This document shows positions 55,295-64,000 of a stretch of 64,000 nt of DNA, piece by piece. The notes beneath the pieces are model-generated. The model saw only the letters and a program-made list of their open reading frames with translations. It searched no databases and was not told the origin of the DNA. The stretch comes from a virus. The DNA lies in the IMG/VR virus record IMGVR_UViG_3300023179_000094, positions 7,397 through 71,396 of that record, one strand, 5' to 3'. A program made the position numbers and the translations under genes. Numbering within the stretch: position 1 is the stretch's first letter; each line of letters begins with the position of its first letter.

Positions 55295-56731
55295 ATGTGT
55301 GGTATTTTTATTAATGTAGACGGGGAAAGTTCAAGGTTAAATTCCATTTCACATAGGGGCATAGAATCAAATACTATCGAGAGGGAAGGTGTTTTCTTGT
55401 CCCATGTTAGACTTCCTATTCAGACGCAAGAGGGGGATGGATGGAAACAACCCATTGAAATTTCATCTGGGATTTTCTTGTTGTATAATGGAGAAGTCTT
55501 TAACTATGACAGAACTGTCTTCGGGTCTGATATTGAATATATCTGTCAAACATTCGCCACCTGGAAAGGAGGATCGCTTCAAATGTTTTGCTCCATGTTT
55601 ATTCCCAAAATCCAAACTTGGGACGGTTTTTGGTCCATAGCCATTTATGATTCCAAAACCAAAGATATAATTTGTTTCACCGATCCACTTGGAAAAAAAT
55701 GTTTATATACAAACGATGATGGGGAACTTTCCTCGGAAATTAAGGCTGTTAAACATTGGTTCAGCCCACACGACCCACATTTCATTTCTACTGTCCGAAA
55801 ATTTGGGTATGTTACTGATGATTCTACACCTTATCGGGACGTGAAAAGAATTTTACCCAATACGATTTACCTTTACAATTTGGAAGTTCCAAATTTCAAA
55901 TCTACCTACCCAAATTATTATAGAAGTTTCAATTTTCCAATCCAAAATCTAACACCAGGAGATTATGAAGCTCATATGGATTGGTTATGGACAAAACTTT
56001 TTGAATCTGTTCGTAATAGATTAATTTCTAAAAACTATCCTATTTCTCTTTTGGTTTCTGGAGGTTTAGATTCATCAATTATTGCTGGGGTTTTATCACA
56101 GATGGCACCAGAAGTAAAGTGGTTTTCCATAGAAAATGGGGAATCGAAATTTGTTAACATTCTATCTGAATTTTATCAGAAACAAGTTAATTTTCTGGAT
56201 TACAACATGGATGAGTCCAGATTAAAAAAAATCTACCAAGAATGGAACGAAAGTCCTATAGATCTTGGTTCGGTCATTCCCCAATTTTTTCTATTCGAAG
56301 CTGTTAAAAATCAAGGAGATTCTAGAATTGTATTAAGTGGGGATGGTGCTGACGAACTTTTTGGTGGATATTCTAGAATTCATGAGTATGATTCACAATT
56401 TTCTGATGTCTTCGATGAACTCAGATTTTATCATCTTCCTAGATTGGACAAGCTTTCTATGGCACACACTTTAGAACTCAGAAATCCATTTTTACATCTG
56501 GATATTGTTCGTTTTGCTTTACATCTCCCAAAAGAATGGAGAACAGATAAAAAAATTCTGAAAGATACTTTTGGCCCTTTACTTCCCCCTGAGATTGTAG
56601 ATCGTCCAAAAGAGGCATTAAAAAATCCAAGAATTAAGGAAGACAAGTTGAAGTATCGCCAACAGGCGGTTGATCTTTTTTTAGAAACAGAACAAACTAA
56701 ATCATTTTCTGAATCCGAAGTAGATATATAG
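55295..56731 (+). CDS. asnB: Asparagine synthetase B-like glutamine amidotransferase
   Basis: MCGI, HRG, QP, YNGEVFNY, SGGLDSS, LSGDGADELFGGY, ELRNPFL. Confidence 0.88.
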   Translation: MCGIFINVDGESSRLNSISHRGIESNTIEREGVFLSHVRLPIQTQEGDGWKQPIEISSGIFLLYNGEVFNYDRTVFGSDIEYICQTFATWKGGSLQMFCSMFIPKIQTWDGFWSIAIYDSKTKDIICFTDPLGKKCLYTNDDGELSSEIKAVKHWFSPHDPHFISTVRKFGYVTDDSTPYRDVKRILPNTIYLYNLEVPNFKSTYPNYYRSFNFPIQNLTPGDYEAHMDWLWTKLFESVRNRLISKNYPISLLVSGGLDSSIIAGVLSQMAPEVKWFSIENGESKFVNILSEFYQKQVNFLDYNMDESRLKKIYQEWNESPIDLGSVIPQFFLFEAVKNQGDSRIVLSGDGADELFGGYSRIHEYDSQFSDVFDELRFYHLPRLDKLSMAHTLELRNPFLHLDIVRFALHLPKEWRTDKKILKDTFGPLLPPEIVDRPKEALKNPRIKEDKLKYRQQAVDLFLETEQTKSFSESEVDI

Positions 56732-56754
56732 AAAAAAAAACTTTACTCAGTAGA

Positions 56755-57489
56755 ATGAAAAAAGTACAAAATTTCGATGAGTTTACTTCTTCTAAAGTCA
56801 ATGAAAACATTCTTGGGGATTTTTTCTCGGGGACAACAAATTTTTTAGGAAACTTTTTCACTAAAGGATGGGGAGCATTCACAGATGTTCTGAAGAACAA
56901 GGTAACAGCTTATCTTCTTCAATACCTAGGTATTGGGGAAAACACAATTTTATCCCAATTAGTTCAGCAAATGGTAGAACAATTCGATGTTAAAGATTAT
57001 TGGGCTATATTATTCAATGGGAAGGCAGATGCAAAGTACTTGGCACCAAAAGCGGCTAAGGCAACACAAGAATTTTTGATCAAAGAAGGTTTAGATGGGA
57101 TAGCAGAAAAATTGGGTGTAACCGACAAAAATGGGTACTTATTCAAAACTATATCGGAATATATTCAAAACGAAACAACAACAGGAAATTTTCCAAAAAC
57201 CCTGGAAAATTTCTATTTACAATTATTTGGATCGGCCCCAACCAACTCAGCAAAAGATTTTGTTGATAAATTAAGTCCTTCAGAAAAAAGTAAAATCAAA
57301 ACTGAAGTTGTGACAAAGGCTAAATCTCAAGGTGTGGAAGTGAAGACAAGAGAAGAAGAAGACAATATGGTGAATAATTTATTTTCAAATTTAGGGTCAT
57401 TAAATCAATCCAATCAAGGACAAATTTCTACAACTTCAGGAGAGGATTTATTTGGTAAACTAATAGGTCCTAGTTTGCCCAAAAAATAA
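56755..57489 (+). CDS. Putative internal virion protein
   Basis: Late motif at 56723; KVQNFDEF...VNE leader. Confidence 0.6.
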   Translation: MKKVQNFDEFTSSKVNENILGDFFSGTTNFLGNFFTKGWGAFTDVLKNKVTAYLLQYLGIGENTILSQLVQQMVEQFDVKDYWAILFNGKADAKYLAPKAAKATQEFLIKEGLDGIAEKLGVTDKNGYLFKTISEYIQNETTTGNFPKTLENFYLQLFGSAPTNSAKDFVDKLSPSEKSKIKTEVVTKAKSQGVEVKTREEEDNMVNNLFSNLGSLNQSNQGQISTTSGEDLFGKLIGPSLPKK

Positions 57490-57498
57490 AAACAAAAC

Positions 57499-57834
57499 AT
57501 GAATATAAATGACGTCTCAAAAAGAGAAATTTTAGATTTCAAAGATTTTCTAGGAAAAGTTATGGACAATACATTCAAACCTTTAGCTGCAGAAAATCAA
57601 AAAGATTCTTATGATAGAACAGGATTTCATAAGATCAAAAGAGAACCCGCCTATGATTTTGTAGGATATGCCGATGCGGTATTTTCTCCAAATAAAGCAG
57701 GTATTGGTTTGCCTGGTTACAACGCCGGTAAAGACAGACAGTACATAAATGCAATTGGTGGACCTGGATTAGCTCCTACTAACGAATCGGAATTCATAGA
57801 TTACACTAAAATTAAAAGGTTGAAAGATTTCTAA
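57499..57834 (+). CDS. Small putative virion protein
   Basis: ILDFKDF motif; co-transcribed with the previous ORF. Confidence 0.55.
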   Translation: MNINDVSKREILDFKDFLGKVMDNTFKPLAAENQKDSYDRTGFHKIKREPAYDFVGYADAVFSPNKAGIGLPGYNAGKDRQYINAIGGPGLAPTNESEFIDYTKIKRLKDF

Positions 57835-57853
57835 AAATACAAATTTAAGGTTC

Positions 57854-57885
57854 AAGGACGGGTTTGAAACTCGTCCTTTTTTTTT
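57854..57885 (+). terminator. Rho-independent terminator
   Basis: AAGGACGGGTT-TGA-AACTCGTCCTT followed by T-tract. Confidence 0.85.
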
Positions 57886-57909
57886 GATATAAGAATCAAA
57901 TTTTATTTT

Positions 57910-58581
57910 ATGTCAAAAATTCGTTTGGTCCACATTTTGACCGAAACAGAACACACTAGAGAAAAAGCTTCTATTGCTTCTTTATCTCCCCTTTCAAATT
58001 TTGGATTAGAATATGTACAACAAATAAACCAAAGATACGTCGGTGACGACTGGAAATCGACCAAGGCTTTGTGTCAGAATGAATTTACAAACCATGGACC
58101 CGGACACTATGGAGCTTTCCAATCTTTCAAAAAGGCTATGCTGGAAAATTTTGACGACGATCTAGATGCCTTAATCCTTTGCGAGTGCGATTGTGTTCTA
58201 GAGGTAACCCCGGAGGATTTCATGAAAACAGTATCAAGGGCTATTGAATTTTGTAACAAACACGAGATACGTTATTTTTCCCTAGGATCTAGGTTTGTGA
58301 ACGGGATTTTACAGTCCCCAGTTTCCGAAGTAGATCCAGATTTTACAGAATTTTATATCACACCAAAAATTATTTTGGCACATTGTGTTATCCTACACCG
58401 ATGTGGTAGAGAATTTTATTTGGATCGTTTAGGTGAAAACAATTGGGATTCTCCTGATCTTTGGTTCAATGAAATCAATTGGTTACATGGTAACTCTAGA
58501 TTCGGTATCTCTTTTGAGAGATCTGCTTTTCAACACGAGGGCCATTCTTTAATCGATAATTGTTGGAAAGATTCACAATAG
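57910..58581 (+). CDS. Glycosyltransferase family 25-like protein
   Basis: GHYGAFQSF, ALILCECDC (cf. GCxxSH and ILEDD), LAHCVIL, PDLWF, S.ID. Confidence 0.5.
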   Translation: MSKIRLVHILTETEHTREKASIASLSPLSNFGLEYVQQINQRYVGDDWKSTKALCQNEFTNHGPGHYGAFQSFKKAMLENFDDDLDALILCECDCVLEVTPEDFMKTVSRAIEFCNKHEIRYFSLGSRFVNGILQSPVSEVDPDFTEFYITPKIILAHCVILHRCGREFYLDRLGENNWDSPDLWFNEINWLHGNSRFGISFERSAFQHEGHSLIDNCWKDSQ

Positions 58582-59280
58582 AGCCACTTGGGTTTCCAGA
58601 TCTTTGATGAAAAGTTCTTTGGCAATTTTCAAAATGTTAGATTCCTCGTTGAAATCCTCGTGAATCTCAATGACTGTGACTTTTGGAGTTGTAGATTGAA
58701 CCCCTACGCTAATCAAAATTTCATTTACGAGATGATCATATGAAATTGAAAAAAAATTGTTAGAAATTCTAACCCTTTTCATCATAATTCCAAAAGAAGA
58801 GGCATTAGAATATCTCGACCACCAGTATGAATAAATTTCATCAGTGGCAAGATTTCTAACCAATAAAATTCCAGAATCTGATTTTTTATCCGGGGTTAGA
58901 TTGTAGACTGAAATTCTTTTTTCTAATTTTTTCCAAATACTTGTTCCCAGCTCGGCGTACTTGTACAAACAATCCAAAGATAAATCAACTATTGAGCGAA
59001 GTTCTTCTTTCTGATCCTCTGTAAATTTTGACTTTATAAATTTTTCGAAAATTTGAATTTCTTCTTGATCCATTTTTTGGATATCCAATTTTTCGTTTGC
59101 CAAAATTTTTTCTGAAAATTTCAAACCTTTAATCGAAGAAAAAATTTGTTGGATTGGATGATAAATATTGTCCCTTCGAATTTCTTCATTTACTTCTTGT
59201 AGAAAGTCTAACAAAATGTACTGTTTGTGTTCGGTATCTATGGGTGACTGTAGAAACCAGGTGGACTCGAGATTTTTCAT
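58573..59280 (-). CDS. Hypothetical protein (only credible minus-strand gene)
   Basis: 235 aa filling a gap without a + ORF; WFLQSPIDTEHKQYILLDFLQ; AATATATA upstream on the minus strand. Confidence 0.75.
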   Translation of the reverse strand: MKNLESTWFLQSPIDTEHKQYILLDFLQEVNEEIRRDNIYHPIQQIFSSIKGLKFSEKILANEKLDIQKMDQEEIQIFEKFIKSKFTEDQKEELRSIVDLSLDCLYKYAELGTSIWKKLEKRISVYNLTPDKKSDSGILLVRNLATDEIYSYWWSRYSNASSFGIMMKRVRISNNFFSISYDHLVNEILISVGVQSTTPKVTVIEIHEDFNEESNILKIAKELFIKDLETQVALL

Positions 59281-59372
59281 GGCCGTTGGTTTAAATTTTT
59301 GAAATTCATCATATATATTCTTGGGTCGGCCCTAAAAAGGAAAATGGAGTTGACGATATATAAACAAAGTAA

Positions 59373-59816
59373 TTGTCATACATGAGGATTCAAGATTTTA
59401 GTTCATATTCGGTTCAAAAGAAAAAAAGGTTCACCTCGGAGCACACTTTCACGGCATCTTTGGATTATGTGGATGTCAAATTGACAAACCGCCCTCCTGA
59501 ATTATCCGATGTCGATGATTTGAAATGTGATATTGAATATGAAATTTCTATTGAAAGACAAAAACAAGGAGTTCAGGATATATCATTCAAAATTAACCAA
59601 ATTGAGTTAGAAGTGAAAGTGGACGACCATCCAGATGATCCGAAAGAATTTGAATTTGAAATTGTTCCAGGAGAAAATATCGATTCTAATCTGGTCATTA
59701 TACGGAAAGGGGAATCCCTAATTCCAACCGATCCAACCTTCTTACATATAGATATGAAAAAATCTGCCAAGGTAGCAGATTTCCAAGTCACAGTTTTGTT
59801 CGGAAAAAATGAATAA
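59373..59816 (+). CDS. Hypothetical late protein (start TTG 59373 or ATG 59382)
   Basis: Late motif at 59355; RIQDFSSY leader. Confidence 0.6.
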   Translation: MSYMRIQDFSSYSVQKKKRFTSEHTFTASLDYVDVKLTNRPPELSDVDDLKCDIEYEISIERQKQGVQDISFKINQIELEVKVDDHPDDPKEFEFEIVPGENIDSNLVIIRKGESLIPTDPTFLHIDMKKSAKVADFQVTVLFGKNE

Positions 59817-60699
59817 TTTAGTTCCCAATTTCGAAGATTTCTTTTCTTTAAATGAATCTAAATTTTCTAGCAAAAAAAATTTAGGAATCATAGGACCTCT
59901 GGCGAATTGGTCTCTCAAAATTCAAGTTTATCCTGAACCCAATCATGGTATGATCGGCTATGCCTTGGATGAAAATTGGATTGAACTGGAACACAAGGAC
60001 AAGAAAGTGAGATTTCCTAAATCTTGTTGTGAAATGAAATCCAGCCCGAAATCTGCTACCATTCACATTAAGCCTCACACCAAGTGGTTCTCAAGATTGA
60101 AGAATAGAGAAGAGATGGAGGATTTCATTGATAATTTTGTAGAATCTCACACGGTTAAGAAAGAAAGTGGTTTAGAAAGAATAGCAGAAAGCACCCAAAT
60201 CATTTTGGACTTATTTGGCATACATTCACAAGTAGAAAATACCGAAAGTAAATTCCCAGGACTGTATGAAATGAAATTGGACAACGGAATGGAGGTTGAG
60301 ATGGAAAAAAATGAAGAATCTGACCTTTTTTCAGAAATGAAAATTTACAAATCCCGTGATGAAAAATTCCCAGACGTGAGGATAAAAAGAAAGAACAATG
60401 AATTTGTGATGGAATTCAGGGGTAGATCTGGTAAATTTGTGCAGTCAGAAGAATCTTTAGTTAATCTTTTTGAAAATAAAATTTGCACATATCTAACTAA
60501 ATGTGTTTTGGAGATGGACTGTTCTGAAGAAGAATCACATTTGATCGGAAAGTTAAAAGAAGCTTTGTCCGAAAAAGTGGATCTCAAAAATTCAGACAGA
60601 ATAGAAAAGAAGAAAAAAACAGTAGAAAACTTGAGGGGGGTTCTGAGTAATTCCATCGAAAATTCACTTCTTGAAGATATTTTACAGAGAGAAGATTAG
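59809..60699 (+). CDS. Putative internal virion protein
   Basis: VPNFEDFFSLNES leader. Confidence 0.6.
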   Translation: MNNLVPNFEDFFSLNESKFSSKKNLGIIGPLANWSLKIQVYPEPNHGMIGYALDENWIELEHKDKKVRFPKSCCEMKSSPKSATIHIKPHTKWFSRLKNREEMEDFIDNFVESHTVKKESGLERIAESTQIILDLFGIHSQVENTESKFPGLYEMKLDNGMEVEMEKNEESDLFSEMKIYKSRDEKFPDVRIKRKNNEFVMEFRGRSGKFVQSEESLVNLFENKICTYLTKCVLEMDCSEEESHLIGKLKEALSEKVDLKNSDRIEKKKKTVENLRGVLSNSIENSLLEDILQRED

Positions 60700-60803
60700 T
60701 TTTTAGAAGGAACTTTATTTGTGTTGCTCATATAAACAGAAATCAAGTTGTTAATTGTTTTGTGTTTATTATTTTTTAAATTTCAATTTTAATTTAATTG
60801 AAC

Positions 60804-61448
60804 ATGGGATGGCTACAACGTTTATTCAGTAAATCGAAAAGAATGAATTGGAAAGATAAAAGTCTGGAGGAAATACAAAATTTCTTCCAAAGTAAGGATT
60901 TTCAGTGGCTCAAGGGAGACCAGATGGGCAACATCGAAAAATTCAAAGCAATTGAAAAAGATGATTCTACCGGGCTGATTTTCATTTCTTTTAGATCAGG
61001 TGGAAGAATGAACGTGGAATTGGTTCAAGAGTATATGGATGTTTTCCCTTCACAGAATATAGATTTCAGTGCTGTTGCTACTTCCAATCCACAGCCCCCT
61101 CCTCAAACCAAACCGGATATTTCAACTCAGACCATTAAGAAAAGTAACTCGGTTTCATCCGTACAACTTTCTGAATCTCCGATATATAGTTTGTTGAAGA
61201 AACAAAAAACAAATTGGGTTAACGTGAACATCACCTTAAAATTAAATCTTCCTTCCAAAAATTTGTATGGGGTTCTTACCACTTCTTTCGAGGAAGCTGA
61301 TCGTGAAATTGTTAACTTCGTGACAGAAGGAATCGACATAGATGATATAAAATCAGCATTGGGGGATTCAATTTTGTCGTATTACGACAAGAAAAAAAAT
61401 TTAGTTTCTTCCGATAAATCTTTAGACCAAGTAGAAGATGGACAGTAA
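60804..61448 (+). CDS. Hypothetical protein
   Basis: ORF with FQWLKG motif and P/Q linker; start uncertain. Confidence 0.6.
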   Translation: MGWLQRLFSKSKRMNWKDKSLEEIQNFFQSKDFQWLKGDQMGNIEKFKAIEKDDSTGLIFISFRSGGRMNVELVQEYMDVFPSQNIDFSAVATSNPQPPPQTKPDISTQTIKKSNSVSSVQLSESPIYSLLKKQKTNWVNVNITLKLNLPSKNLYGVLTTSFEEADREIVNFVTEGIDIDDIKSALGDSILSYYDKKKNLVSSDKSLDQVEDGQ

Positions 61449-62013
61449 TATTCTTTTTGAAAATAATCTTTTTCGTGTTGAGGAAAGAAACGGATCGACA
61501 GGAATGATTCCTCTTTTCACCAATGTGGTGATTATGCCATTCATCTCTGATGAACAGGGATTGCCTTTATCTATAGGAGTTTTAAAAGAGCCAAATCCTT
61601 TCAGAGAAGGTGGTATGTCTATTTGCCTTATATCGGGAACTTCTGAAGAGGAAGATCCGGATTTACTTGCCACTGCCAAAAGAGAACTAAAAGAAGAAAG
61701 TGGATATGACGTACAAGACAATAAAAAGTGGTTTTATTTGGGATCGGTCACCTCTTCTAAATTTGTAGACCACGAACAACCGTGTTTTGCAGTTGATGTT
61801 ACGGATGTTCCTAAAGGTGATCCAGATCCAGATGAAACAGAAAAAGAAAATGGAATGGAGTTCAAATTTATTTCTGCCAACGACGTGGTAAAACACAAAG
61901 ATATTTTTATCCCGGGTCTTTTTTTGAAGCTTTTCAAGTTCGTGCTGGGATTCGATGTTCAGAACAAACCAGATGGACTCGAAAAAAGTAAAGGTTTTAA
62001 ATTTTCAATTTAA
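61438..62013 (+). CDS. NUDIX hydrolase
   Basis: Nudix box G....ED...TAKRELKEESGY. Confidence 0.85.
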   Translation: MDSNILFENNLFRVEERNGSTGMIPLFTNVVIMPFISDEQGLPLSIGVLKEPNPFREGGMSICLISGTSEEEDPDLLATAKRELKEESGYDVQDNKKWFYLGSVTSSKFVDHEQPCFAVDVTDVPKGDPDPDETEKENGMEFKFISANDVVKHKDIFIPGLFLKLFKFVLGFDVQNKPDGLEKSKGFKFSI

Positions 62014-62018
62014 ATTAT

Positions 62019-62342
62019 ATGAGTCAAGCTAGAAAAGCAAGAAGGGAACTTGCAAAATCTTTGGGTTATTTGAAAAAAGATGAATCTATGCAATCTTTCA
62101 GAGAAAGGGTAAAAAGATCACACGAGATGGGAAAACATTTTCACACTCTTCATCTCCAAAATGTTATGAATCAACAATTAGAAGCAGAAAAAATTAAAAG
62201 TGAGAAAAAATTAGAAAATTTCATAAAAGAAAAAAACCAAACCGAAGAAAATTTTGGAATCAATTTAAAAACTAATGAATTTTTGAATGAACTAAAACCC
62301 CAGGAATCGTCATACGATGACATTCTAGACAATCCAAAATAG
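62019..62342 (+). CDS. Hypothetical protein
   Basis: Closely packed ORF. Confidence 0.6.
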   Translation: MSQARKARRELAKSLGYLKKDESMQSFRERVKRSHEMGKHFHTLHLQNVMNQQLEAEKIKSEKKLENFIKEKNQTEENFGINLKTNEFLNELKPQESSYDDILDNPK

Positions 62343-62343
62343 A

Positions 62344-62676
62344 ATGATTGATTGTTTGGCAGAGATTAAGATTTTTCTAGCTAGATGTTCGGCCAAAGAG
62401 GCCAAAAAAAAATTTGATGGGGGAATTGACCTTTCCATCATAGATATTGGTAAGATTATACGTGATTTAGGTTATAACAATTTAAATCTTAGCAAAGAAT
62501 CGGAATTTATAATCAATTACACCATTCAAAGAAAAATAGACCAGGGGATATATAATACAAAGAACAACACCATAATGATCGTAAACAAAAATCTATCAAA
62601 TGATTTTATTTCGAATTTAAATTCTTTTTTATTAGAATATGAAAATGAATTCGAATTTTCGATCGAGATGTTGTAA
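62344..62676 (+). CDS. Hypothetical protein
   Basis: Closely packed ORF. Confidence 0.55.
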   Translation: MIDCLAEIKIFLARCSAKEAKKKFDGGIDLSIIDIGKIIRDLGYNNLNLSKESEFIINYTIQRKIDQGIYNTKNNTIMIVNKNLSNDFISNLNSFLLEYENEFEFSIEML

Positions 62677-62693
62677 AAATTTGTATGAATTGA

Positions 62694-64000
62694 ATGCCTA
62701 CTTTTCAAGGGACTAATCGACTAACATCCGGAAACGCTTTTTCTTTTGCCGACCGATTATTAAACCCCTCTCTAAAAGAGAGGTTGTTCGGAACAGACGA
62801 AGCTCTAACACAAAATCAATCTGCAGATGTTGTAGGAAGATTTTCTAATATGGGATCAGTCAATCCAAACAAAGGACCAACTGCAAAATCTCTCTTTTAT
62901 AACGGAGCTTTTTATGGAACAGATTCTAAATATGGGCAATTTTTGCTTTACTCTTTTTCTAATAATTCGAACAATTTCGATGAACAATATTATCAATCGG
63001 AGCGGACCCAATTTAATTCATCAATTTCTACAATAGAATCCAAAAATCCATCCGCGGGTGCGATAATCAGAGCTTCGAATGAAATTCTGGCTATGTCCAA
63101 TAAAAATTCAAATTCGAACGTCAACACCGGAAATAATACCAAAGGTTCCCCGGGAAAGATTATTGGCGGGGATCGTGCTCCTTATTTTTGGAAGGATTTT
63201 CTTTATTGTAAATATTACGGGACAATCCCAAATAATTACATGATTACTTTAAGAAGATTTCCTGCCCCTATGAGGGATAATTTGTCTTTACCTGATCCAG
63301 TAATTCAAAGCGATCTCCATAACAAGAAAGGAGCTGGAAAACCAGTAGCTCAGGCTATAACATGGTGGGGCGGACAAACTGGAAACACTCTGAATGATAT
63401 AATCTCATTTTCAACCGGATTACAGTGGGATCCTAAGGGTCAAGCGGAACTAAAAGAGGTGAAAGGTTTTGATCAAGGATTTTTCAAAAGTGTTTTGGGC
63501 AGATTTTTAGGTTCTGCTACCAATTCTCTTGGTATTGGAGATTTGTTCGGTGCAGGTGTGGATTTAACTACACTAGCGGTTCTTGCAACCGATGGTGGAA
63601 AACAAAATCTGGTGACTGAAAAACTTAATTTCGCTCTAAGGGACAAAATGCAAAACACCCCAAATGGACCATTATCGGATTTTATTTTCAACCCGGTAGA
63701 TACAGTGTCAAACACGTATGTAAGGGGAAGAGGTTTAACTTTTCAAGGTGGTCAAATGTCTTTAAAATTTCACTATGAATTGACTTCTGTGGGACAGGTG
63801 AATACCAAGGCAGCATTGATCGATATTTTGGGGAACCTGTTGGCTCTAGGAACAAATTATGGGAATTTTTTAACCCCAGATATTCGTTATGATAATGGTT
63901 TCAAGGATGCTATAGGATTTCCTGGGGGTAACGAAGGTCTATTCAATTTTTATACTGATCCTCTGAAATGGACTAAGGATCTTATAAAATTTTTAGCAGA
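62694..64000 (+). CDS. Putative structural (baseplate/tail) protein, runs off the window; absent from the ORF track
   Basis: Manual translation from ATG 62694 (MPTFQGTNRL...KNPSAGAII...APYFWKDFLYCKYYGTIPNNYMITLRRFPAP...) shows no stop; function is a guess. Confidence 0.6.
   Translation, partial: MPTFQGTNRLTSGNAFSFADRLLNPSLKERLFGTDEALTQNQSADVVGRFSNMGSVNPNKGPTAKSLFYNGAFYGTDSKYGQFLLYSFSNNSNNFDEQYYQSERTQFNSSISTIESKNPSAGAIIRASNEILAMSNKNSNSNVNTGNNTKGSPGKIIGGDRAPYFWKDFLYCKYYGTIPNNYMITLRRFPAPMRDNLSLPDPVIQSDLHNKKGAGKPVAQAITWWGGQTGNTLNDIISFSTGLQWDPKGQAELKEVKGFDQGFFKSVLGRFLGSATNSLGIGDLFGAGVDLTTLAVLATDGGKQNLVTEKLNFALRDKMQNTPNGPLSDFIFNPVDTVSNTYVRGRGLTFQGGQMSLKFHYELTSVGQVNTKAALIDILGNLLALGTNYGNFLTPDIRYDNGFKDAIGFPGGNEGLFNFYTDPLKWTKDLIKFLA

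Noticed and set aside
1-64000. Stop-codon reassignment as in some megaphages
   Set aside because: Long conserved genes are intact under code 11, and TAG and TGA both terminate genes at natural boundaries (e.g. 13649, 38836, 5192).
1-64000. tRNA, rRNA or group I intron
   Set aside because: Intergenic gaps are short and AT-rich; no cloverleaf or interrupted core gene was seen apart from the intein. A covariance-model scan was not run.

Overview
This 64 kb window is the virion morphogenesis core plus a replication/accessory block of a large T4-like contractile-tailed (jumbo-type) phage. It is AT-rich, uses the standard genetic code and is coded almost entirely on the + strand. The host is very probably a Bacteroidota bacterium: there are no Shine-Dalgarno sites, TAnnTTTG promoters occur, signal peptides follow the Q-rule, and one protein has a T9SS sorting domain. 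Recognisable genes include neck protein, TerS/TerL (TerL with a mini-intein), tail sheath, two tail tubes, two tandem portals, a protease-scaffold fusion, major capsid, ECF and gp55-like sigma factors, ligase, clamp loader, flap nuclease, dCMP deaminase, HldA-like kinase, AsnB-like amidotransferase and a NUDIX hydrolase. The most striking element is an 8-gene, ~7 kb cell-envelope operon (27.3-34.3 kb). It combines a cohesin+dockerin+T9SS-tagged protein, a second dockerin protein, CsgG-like proteins, a probable beta-barrel, membrane proteins and an HExxH protein, behind a variant of the phage late promoter. Other signals are two candidate programmed frameshifts, a nested scaffold gene with its own internal promoter, three promoter classes, a capsid-targeting-like motif shared by ~11 unknown proteins, and two apparent pseudo-enzymes. 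All calls come from reading motifs by eye; no database searches were run.
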